64,000 nt of DNA, taken from assembly GCF_001194135.2 (NCBI RefSeq), contig NC_069005.1, positions 34,470,834 to 34,534,833 on the forward strand, read 5' to 3'. The translations under genes and the position numbers were made by a program. The stretch comes from Octopus bimaculoides (lineage: Eukaryota). The notes beneath the pieces were generated by a model that saw only the letters and a list, made by a program, of their open reading frames with translations, was not told the origin of the DNA and did not search any database. Every line of letters begins with the position of its first letter. The stretch's first letter is position 1. Below are positions 53,690-64,000 of the stretch, one piece after another.

Positions 53690-55566
53690 GAACGCTAGGG
53701 AATAAACAGAGGAAGAATAAAAAGAAATTTGTGGATTTAGCGGTCAATCATATATATGGATATGGATATATGCCCTAGCGAGCTTTTTACATTTAATTTC
53801 AAATGTGCACATGTGTATTACTCTACCCTCATCGTACCTTATAATCCCAGGTTGACGAAGGTCTTGCGAGTAGAAATTGTACAGAAGCCCGTCGCCTGAA
53901 CACCTGTTGTGACATCAGGATCTACACACTTCATATTCAGAGCCACAGAGATTCTGAATAATCACAAAAGCACAGGCACAGGTCTCATGTGTCTGGAACA
54001 CTCAGTCACATATTGCACAATTTGTAGTCAATGTCGGCAATCAAGCATTGGGATTACTCAAAATGGACAGAACAGTCACTTCTTACTCTCAGTTGTATAC
54101 GAGGCGAGGACCTCATACCAGCAATTAATATATGGTGGGTGTATGCTTGTGTGGGTATATATGTACTATACATACATAAATGCACACACAAATCGCTCTG
54201 TACTATATGACTCGATCAACTCAATATTCAACCAACTCAGGTGGGACTTGAACCCAGACACAAAAGATACTTAACTGAATCACTCTTATAAAGCATTTAG
54301 TCCATCACTTTATCAATTCTGACAGTCCAGTGAGTTTTTATTGAAGAATAATGCCATTAATTGATTGGCAATATCTTCTAATAGATTTCATGTCGTGCAT
54401 ATACGTATACTGTAACACTATATCTATATAACCACACACACGCACACACACATATAAATATGTGTATGTATANNNNNNNNNNNNNNNNNNNNNNNNNNNN
54501 NNNNNNNNNNNNNNNNNNNNNNNNNNNNNNNNNNNNNNNNNNNNNNNNNNNNNNNNNNNNNNNNNNNNNNNNNNNNNNNNNNNNNNNNNNNNNNNNNNNN
54601 NNNNNNNNNNNNNNNNNNNNNNNNNNNNNNNNNNNNNNNNNNNNNNNNNNNNNNNNNNNNNNNNNNNNNNNNNNNNNNNNNNNNNNNNNNNNNNNNNNNN
54701 NNNNNNNNNNNNNNNNNNNNNNNNNNNNNNNNNNNNNNNNNNNNNNNNNNNNNNNNNNNNNNNNNNNNNNNNNNNNNNNNNNNNNNNNNNNNNNNNNNNN
54801 NNNNNNNAGAGAGAGAGATTTATATACTGGTTAATGAATACGTACCGATACGGATATGAAACATAACCCATGTATATTTATAAAAGATATATATATACAT
54901 ATGCCTTTATACAGAAATAGTAGATAAAGAAATAAGCATATACATAGATACATGCCTATATGTGTTACAGAACTCTGTAATGGCGTTCGTATGCTTTATT
55001 CAATCACCATCTACATTTAAAACGAATTTTCATCGAAGCCAATATCGAAATCAAAATATAATAACCTTTAGTTAGGATCTTCAACTGAGGCACGGAATAA
55101 TTGCACGTAGATTTGAACATTGGCGTGAAACTAGTGTCTCCTCGCTGCTACAGGCTTGGCATTTTCGTCTATAATCACCTACATACATCATCCTTTTCTT
55201 TCCTCCCCGTTTGAAATTATACATACATACATACATACATGCATACATACGTATCAATATTTTTACAGACCAAAAATTCAAAAGCGATATATATGTATAT
55301 ATAAATATGGATATATAATATAAATATATATATATGATATTGTATTATATATGTTTATATATTCATATGTAATATGTGTATAATATATGCGTACGTATTT
55401 ATAGTTATAGACACACATATACACTTTTATATATTCATACACATACATGCATATTGTAATATAATTATATACATATGAATAAATTGATACATAAGAACCT
55501 TATATGCACAGAATATGCAGATATGGGTGAACATGTGCATATCTATATGTGTATATACATATATAC

Positions 55567-55651
<85 letters not shown>

Positions 55652-56303
55652 CACATATTAATATATATATACGTGCACATACGTTCTTACATATACATGC
55701 ATACATACAAGCATGCATGCATACATAGATGCGTACTTACACATACACATACATATACACACGCTTGCCAATTCCCAAAACGATATAACGTATTTACCAT
55801 TTCTTCCAACCGAATTCTTCATTGAGAGAAATCAATGAAAGATATTTCTATACTTACATTAAATTGATGTTTTAATGTGACTGGGATATCAAGGCAGAAA
55901 TATGCATGCAAATGTAGCTTTGCGTTTACACTGAATGTGAGTATCTGGCGATGAATGCGCATGAGTATATAGACACGTGTAAATACGCATAGCTGTGTGT
56001 GCGTGTATTCATGTATGTATGTATGGGTGTGTGTACTGGTATAGACATACACATATGCACATACACACTCACGCACACACACAATCACACATACTCACAA
56101 TCACACACATGGATATAAAAACATGAGTCTATGCACACACGCTTAGGTATAGAGATAGAATTTCTTTTTCTACATGACTGTTCATCTATATCTAAACGTA
56201 TTTCTTACTGACATATTTATTTCTCTCGATTTATATTTACATTATGAGTGTGTGTGTGCGTGTGTGTGTATGCACACATACATATATATATATAATATAT
56301 ATA

Positions 56304-56379
<76 letters not shown>

Positions 56380-56532
56380 TATATACACACATATATATAC
56401 ATACACATACACGCACACACATATACATATATAGAAATTATATATACATTTATATACTTACAAATTACAAACGCATGTTTATATATGCACACACATACAT
56501 ACATACACACATACATGCATACATACATACAC

Positions 56533-56565
<33 letters not shown>

Positions 56566-57810
56566 CATACATACATTAAATATGAGCATGCACACTAAAA
56601 GTGGTTCCCTTTTACAACGTGTAACGGAAGGAAGACTCCATAGAGGATCGTCTTCCACCTCATCTCCCTCCTCCTTCGTATCTATCTTACCTCTTCTTTC
56701 TTCTTCTCCCTCTATCCCCCTCTCTTCTCCCTCTATCCCTCCTCTTCCTTCTCCCTCCTACCCTCTGATATTAATATCAGCAGAAATACGAAAAGAACAA
56801 AATCCTGCGTAGATAGTCATCGATGGAGACTATCGATCTCTCTGCACACATATCAAAGATTGAACACTCAGAGAACAATAAACGAATAAAACTGATTAAA
56901 TTGGAAATGAAATTAAAACAATAAAATTATAAATCAAAGAAATCAGATTATCGATTTGTATTTATAGAGATTTTGGCTTTATTGGGCTTTTTGCAATTTT
57001 AAGTTTTGAATTTTTGTAATTTTTACGTCAAAATTTGAGAAATCTAAACTTATGAGGACGTCTTTTTGTGTCTTCTGTGGATGTGTGTGTGTCGTGAATG
57101 TGTGCGTGACAGATACGTGTGTATTTGTGTGTGTGTGTGTACGTGTGTATGTGTCTGCTTCTGTGTGCATGTGTGTATCTATGTCTGTGTGTGTTTGCGA
57201 GCGCACGCACGTTCTGTGTATGTGTTCTGTCGTGTTTGTGCCTTGAGCAATGCGTTTGTCAGTTTTGCGTGAGTGTGTAGGTTGTGTGTTATTTTGTAAA
57301 CGTGTGTTGTTTGCGTGTATGTTTGTATAGTGCGCTGTTTCTGCATGTGTGTGTGCATGTGTCGTATATGTGTGTGTGTGTGATACACTAAATACCTCGA
57401 GTCATATATGTGTGTCTATGCGTGTGTGTGTGTGTGTGTGGGTGTGTGTGTGTTCTTTGCGTTGTCTAATGACTACGTTCCACGCATGTGTTCTGTGTTG
57501 TCTTTACTTTATCGAGAACACCTAAACGTTGTGGCTCCTGTTGTTATTGTTGTTGCGATGTTGTCTGTAATGGAGATCTTTTTTTTGTTGAATTTCTTTT
57601 TCTTCCTTTTCTTGTAAATTTCTTTTGTTTTTTTTCTTTATGTCTTCAGTAGAGTTGCTTGTTATCGATTCCCCCTTCAAACAATTGTATTAGTTATTGA
57701 TCCTCTTACAATTACTCTATCGGTTGCTATTTTGTCATTGAATTGGTTATAAAATATGTCTTATTGTTGTTTTCGTTTATAGAATTTAATATTTTGCTTG
57801 GGTTTGTGTC

Positions 57811-58483
57811 AAAGTTACGTTTTATTGCTTTGGTGTGTTGTTAAGTTACGTTCGGTTGTTGGATTGAAGTTATGGCGCATTTTGGTGAGGTTATAAAGTT
57901 ACGTTTATAATGCCAAAGTCACGTCTGGTATCATTGTTTTTTGGTTAAAACTTACGTTTGTTTATTATTGCTGCATCTAAACATGTTTTGCGTTGTTGAG
58001 TTTGTTGCAGTTTGATTGTTTTCCTTGAGAACTAATATTAATTTTTGTGGTGACTACAAATTTATATTTTATTGCTGTCCTCTTGGCAAATATACGTTTA
58101 TTTCTATGTTGAGGATGTCATTAGATTTAGCTGTTGCATCACTTATAAAACTCACGTTTTATATTAGTTTCCAAGTCACGTTTTCATTATAAATTTACGT
58201 TTTATTGTTGCGTCAGTTACAAACTAACGGCTAACGGTGGTGTTCAATTGTAAACGTATTTTTTTTTTCGGTGGTAAACATGAGTTTATTCCTTTTGATT
58301 TTATTTTTATTTATTCATTTATTTTTCAACGTTTCTTTTAATGTGTTGATTCCAAAATTGCGATTTTTATGTTTGTTCAGAAAGTCACATTTGTTCTTTC
58401 ATTTCAATATCACATTCGGTTGTTGTTTTGACTGTTGTGGCGGATCTACATGTTGTGAGCAATGGCTACTTGAAACTTACGCT
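57811..58483 (+). repeat. Degenerate array of an AA(A)(G/C)T(T/C)ACGTTT-like motif
   Basis: About 11 variants at 57811, 57843, 57895, 57915, 57947, 58088, 58147, 58173, 58191, 58381 and 58473. Confidence 0.7.
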
Positions 58484-58979
58484 GTCTGAGGATGTTGTTG
58501 TTTTTGTTGTTACACGGATGTATTTGTGAATCGTTTTTGGTGGTGGCGGTGGTGATGTGGTGGTGGCTGTGATGGTAGTGACGGTGGTAGTAGAGGTCGT
58601 GTTGTTGCCGGTGGCTGCGGTGGTGGTGGGGGTCGTCGTGGTGATTTGACCTCTGCTATTGTTGCTTATTGATATTGATGTTGATGATAATGATGGTTAC
58701 ATCCAGACAAAGTCGCAACCACGGCAGCCAACAACAGCAACAACAACAACAACCAACTAACCGACCACAACCGCCACCAGCAGCGGCAGAACATCAAACA
58801 CCCCACCTCCACAATCATGACCACCAACAACAACAAGAAAAGCAACAACAATCAATCGATCAATCAATAAAATCTAAAATATATTTCACTAAAACTTTAA
58901 CAAAGTAATTATGTTTTAAATATAACAATGGCGGACTCCTTTGGGGGAAGAAATTGAATTTGGTTGAAATCAAGGAAAA

Positions 58980-59290
58980 TCTTACAGCACCACACGGACA
59001 TCATTGCATCTCTACACCACTGCACCGCTTCGAATCATAAACATACATCTCCATACCGACACTACACCAATCTACGATAAATACAACACCACCACGCCAA
59101 CACATCAGACGAAACCATAAGTTATACAGCACCAAACCGCCACGCCAGTTATACATCGTTATACCTCACTACTCTGACAGACCAACTCCACCACTACAAA
59201 ACATCAACCCGCCATACTAAACCTCAGCCATACACCGCCATTACCACCACACTGACACCCCACCACACCAGCCCCGCCCCAACCGCCAAC
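58980..59290. repeat. Degenerate C/A-rich short-period satellite (ACACC/ATACC-like units)
   Basis: Recurrent CACCA, TACAC and CGCCA units. A similar stretch lies at about 50890-51120. Confidence 0.5.
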
Positions 59291-60570
59291 ACATAACAGC
59301 GACGTCCCTGAGGAGGACAGATGTGTTTCTTTCTAATGAAAACTGGAAGACTAAAATGGTAAGCTAGGAATAGAAATGGAGACTTATTGAAAGGTATTTC
59401 ATGGCATAAATGGGATTTGGAATTTAATATAACAATTAAGGTGGTGGTGGTGGTGGTGGCAACGGCGGCGGTGGCGGAGNNNNNNNNNNNNNNNNNNNNN
59501 NNNNNNNNNNNNNNNNNNNNNNNNNNNNNNNNNNNNNNNNNNNNNNNNNNNNNNNNNNNNNNNNNNNNNNNNNNNNNNNNNNNNNNNNNNNNNNNNNNNN
59601 NNNNNNNNNNNNNNNNNNNNNNNNNNNNNNNNNNNNNNNNNNNNNNNNNNNNNNNNNNNNNNNNNNNNNNNNNNNNNNNNNNNNNNNNNNNNNNNNNNNN
59701 NNNNNNNNNNNNNNNNNNNNNNNNNNNNNNNNNNNNNNNNNNNNNNNNNNNNNNNNNNNNNNNNNNNNNNNNNNNNNNNNNNNNNNNNNNNNNNNNNNNN
59801 NNNNNNNNNNNNNNNNNNNNNNNNNNNNNNNNNNNNNNNNNNNNNNNNNNNNNNNNNNNNNNNNNNNNNNNNNNNNNNNNNNNNNNNNNNNNNNNNNNNN
59901 NNNNNNNNNNNNNNNNNNNNNNNNNNNNNNNNNNNNNNNNNNNNNNNNNNNNNNNNNNNNNNNNNNNNNNNNNNNNNNNNNNNNNNNNNNNNNNNNNNNN
60001 NNNNNNNNNNNNNNNNNNNNNNNNNNNNNNNNNNNNNNNNNNNNNNNNNNNNNNNNNNNNNNNNNNNNNNNNNNNNNNNNNNNNNNNNNNNNNNNNNNNN
60101 NNNNNNNNNNNNNNNNNNNNNNNNNNNNNNNNNNNNNNNNNNNNNNNNNNNNNNNNNNNNNNNNNNNNNNNNNNNNNNNNNNNNNNNNNNNNNNNNNNNN
60201 NNNNNNNNNNNNNNNNNNNNNNNNNNNNNNNNNNNNNNNNNNNNNNNNNNNNNNNNNNNNNNAGGCGAGAGATCAACAAAGAAGGTGGGTTAGTTTGACG
60301 CTCAGGAAAAATGGAAGAAGTCTTTGATGTTTCGTGCCCATGCTCTTCTATAGACCGAAAAGAGGAGAGAAAATCGATGAAACGAAAAATAACGGAGAGA
60401 GAAAAACTGTACCTGGATTAACGACGGCACATATTGAATTGACCGGAAGGAAGGAAGTGGTTGAAGACAAGGGTGGCATGAGAGACAACAGTGACCTGGC
60501 TAAAGTGTGTATGCACAAGTATGCGTGTGTATTTGAAGATATATATATCTTCAAATATATATATCGCTCC

Positions 60571-60812
60571 GTAAAGTGGTTGGTGTTAGGAAGGGCATCC
60601 AGACATAGAGACCATGCTACAAAAGACAACTGGAACCTGGGCAGATCTTCTGATGGCCACCTCCTGTCAAACCATCCAACCCATGCTAGCATGGAAAATG
60701 GACATTAAACGATGATGATGATGATGATGATGACGACGACGACGACGACGACGACGATGATGATGATGATGACAACGACGATTACGATGATGATGATGGT
60801 GATGACGATGAT
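60571..60812 (+). mobile_element. Retroposon 3' tail (LINE-derived or SINE) ending in (GAT)n/(GAC)n
   Basis: GTAAAGTGGTTGGTGTTAGGAAGGGCATCCAG...CCATCCAACCCATGCTAGCATGGAAAATGGACATTAAAC running directly into a trinucleotide tail. Recognised from recall of octopod repeats. Confidence 0.65.
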
Positions 60813-60879
60813 GCATGCAAGCATACGCACGTACATATATACATAAACAGATGTTTAAAAAAAGGTGCACTCAGCCTCT

Positions 60880-60979
<100 letters not shown>

Positions 60980-61108
60980 AGAAGCAAAGCTCGATTAGTT
61001 TCGCCTGATTATTACCGGTTCGTCAGAAACATCTATTTCTTTCCTCTTACGAAACGAAACCATCACCGATGCAACATTCTCAGTTCCTATCCTACATTTC
61101 ACACCATA

Positions 61109-61134
61109 CCCTAACCCTAACCCTAACCCCAACC
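61109..61134 (-). repeat. Short interstitial telomere-like tract (TTAGGG)3 plus a variant unit
   Basis: CCCTAACCCTAACCCTAACCCCAACC on the plus strand. Confidence 0.7.
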
Positions 61135-61818
61135 TCCCATACTTCACATTACACGCTACAAACATAAATATCCTAATGCAAACGTAATTGTCATTTCTGC
61201 TTTTCTCATAACATTCTTCCTAAGCCCTCCCTTAATCGTTACTGGTGTTAAGGCCGTCGTAATTATTAGAGAAACTTTATGCTTCTAATATATATATATA
61301 CATATATATTTATTTATTTGTTTGTTTCTCAATTTATTTATTTATTTCTCTATTGATTTATTCATTGATGTGGTTTATACATTTATGCAATTATAACGAT
61401 TTTCCAATTTTAGATACCTTCTTAATTTTTATCCTTTTTACAATGCTATAATGCTAACAATAATTCTAACAACTTATGTAATGTTTAACCAATTATTATA
61501 CATTTTAATAGATTGCGAGCCAATTGTTAAATAACTGCAAAATAATTACTCTTTATATTCTTGAGTTTTTGGCGTAACTTTTGTATATTTTTTACTGGTA
61601 TGTTTATATATATATATNNNNNNNNNNNNNNNNNNNNNNNNNNNNNNNNNNNNNNNNNNNNNNNNNNNNNNNGAAATATGTTTCGTGTACACAAGCATTT
61701 GTGTATCTTTTGTGACTTGCCAGAGATTTTGGTTTCTAGCTTTTTACAATTTTTGTACGTTGTACTGTTGTATATTTGCTGTTCATTGTCGTTTGTCTAT
61801 AAACAATATCAACAGTCC

Positions 61819-61860
<42 letters not shown>

Positions 61861-62261
61861 TTATATATATCCTCCTCCACCACTGCCACCAGCGCAAATA
61901 CCACATTACAAAACATCAAGAATGTTTCACATTTCTACATCCTCCCCCTCTCTCTCTCTCTTGTATTATTTTCTTCTTATAATTCTCTCTAGCATCCTCT
62001 GTTTCTTTTTCCCTCTTCACCTCTATTTTTCATCTTCCTTCCTACGTTTCTCTCCGTCATCACTCTTTTATCACTCTCTCTCACTCTCCCTCTCTCTCTC
62101 ACTCTCCCCCTCTCTCTTCCTCTCTCTGCTTTCATCTGTTATGTATACATCATTACGCCATTTCTCATACAAGACATTTCATAAGCTCGTTTCCTCCCCA
62201 TACCACAAAATGCGTAACACCTACCTTCTCTACCACCACCACCACCACCACCATCAATAAT

Positions 62262-62301
<40 letters not shown>

Positions 62302-62625
62302 GCAATAACCACTGTCTTGCAGTCAAATTTGTATCACAATAAGCTTCACTTCACACTGTGTACACAAATCGATTTAAAAGTCCACAAATATATGCAAATT
62401 GAACGTCAAATATAAACATGGAAAGGTTTCTTATACAAAAGGGTTAAATAGAATCCAGTCTTTGAGGATGGATTTTTCATGGGGTTATTTTCCATTTTCT
62501 TTTTTGTTTCTCCCTTTTTTGTTTCCGTTTTTCTTTTGTTTGTTTTTTAGTTTGCATCTCATTTTTTCTCTTTTATCACGAAACTATTTTAAAATACAAA
62601 AGTAAAACAATCATCATCATCATCA

Positions 62626-62687
<62 letters not shown>

Positions 62688-63075
62688 GCATCGTATCCAA
62701 CGCCTTGTGGTATTTAGCTAGGACGCTATCCGTTTTCTGAGTTCAGATGCCGCAGAGGTCAGTGTTGTCTTTCATCCCTCCGTGGAGTCGATAAAGTAGA
62801 GCCCCAAGTATTGGCGTCGATGGAATCGATCTAACCTCTGACCTCGATTCCAGACCTTGTGTTTATATTAGAAACAAATTAGGCAGTCGACTGGCAAAAT
62901 CGTTGGAACATCTGACAAGTTGCTTTGCGCTATTTAGTTACGGTACTTGACGTTCTGAGTTCAAATGAGGTCGGTTTTACTTTTTATCTTTTAGGGGGGG
63001 GGCGATAAAATAAATACCAGTTGCGGTAGGGGTGGGGGTCGATGTACTCGACTTACCCTCACTCCTAAATGGCTT
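62688..63075 (+). mobile_element. Two degenerate SINE family A copies in head-to-tail tandem (junction about 62880)
   Basis: The first ends CAGACCTTGTGTTTATATTAGAAACAAATT. The second starts AGGCAGTCGACTGGCAAAATCGTT and has GTTCTGAGTTCAAAT and GGGGTCGATGTACTCGACTTACCC. Confidence 0.75.
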
Positions 63076-64000
63076 TGTTGCATTTGTTCTGTTGCTGTTA
63101 TTTGTTGCTAGTGTTCCGTTACTACTGTTGTTGTTGTTGTTGCTGTTGTGTTGTATTAACGATATCCAACACATATCGTGGATACAATTATCAAAAATGT
63201 GATATATTTAATCTTTCACTCAAATTCCATTATTGTAAATAAACAGATAAAAATCCACCAAACACGCCACTACCAATGATAATAATAATAATAATAATAA
63301 TAATAGATAGTAATAATTATAGCAATGTATAATAGATGATGATAACGATAAGTGAAGATGATGATGGTGATGATGCCTTCATTCTTATCTGCCTCCCTAT
63401 AAATTTAATCTAAAACTATTCATCTGTAATTGGAATTTTAGATCAGCGCAGCGAACATTATTATTGTTTGACAATCTATATTTAGTACAGTAGTTTCACC
63501 CCTCCCACCTCTCCCCACCTATCAAACAGATTCAATAGATATTCGATAAGAGATTGTTAATAAGATATCACTTAACACAATCCTCAACAGTGGGGTCCTC
63601 AGTTCGTGTCACTGGGACGGCATTTGTAACGTTGTTGCTGTTAAGTCTGAGGTCAGACACGTGATCAGAGGTGCTCCATCCTTGTGAATCCCATGTCAAT
63701 GCATGTGTGTACTTATGATCTACAATGGAATTTAAGACGATAGGGTGTAATTTGAAGGAGACATGGCAGTTATTTCTAGCAATTACATCAGACAACATAA
63801 GGACTTAGTTGGTTTGTAATGTAAACCTATGACGTGTAAATGCTCTCTAAAACTACTTTGGTGGGGGGCGGGGCAGTAAAGTGGCGTTCTTTTTTTTTCG
63901 ATACAATTTCTTAGTGGTTGGAAGTGAGACTGATGCGGTCCTGTATATAACGCTAGCCTACTACAAGTGACATTCCCCTAAATAGTCTGGAAACTATTCC

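Noticed and set aside
61109-61134. Telomere or telomere-fusion site
   Set aside because: Only three perfect units; short interstitial tracts are common.

Overview
AT-rich eukaryotic genomic DNA, saturated with microsatellites and containing about 7.5 kb of N gaps, almost all flanked by simple repeats (short-read-type assembly). The repeat families and composition point to a coleoid cephalopod, probably Octopus; this is inference, not a database result. The only well-supported host gene is one large minus-strand coding exon (19482-18329, ATG at 19440) of a cyclic nucleotide-gated (CNG) cation channel. It encodes the N-terminus, S1-S5 and the pore, with a TIGD rather than TIGE filter. S6, the C-linker and the CNBD exons were not found in the assembled downstream sequence. 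The rest is intronic or intergenic: many tRNA-derived SINE copies (two head-to-tail dimers, one close inverted pair), decayed R4/Dong-like and RTE-like LINE fragments, two decayed Tc1/mariner-superfamily transposases (DD37D and DD41D-like), a full-length diverged 5S rRNA copy, and a 70-bp minisatellite. The most interesting signals are (1) minimal type I hammerhead-ribozyme folds of the Penelope-like kind, including a tail-to-tail pair around a (TA)n tract next to a perfect 21-bp inverted repeat at 53.3-53.7 kb, and (2) a candidate upstream ATG exon plus a 25-nt frame-switching microexon that would toggle between a 33-aa-extended channel and a uORF-containing short isoform. Both are hypotheses from manual reading. 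Nearly all other ORFs in the supplied track are microsatellite or gap artefacts.
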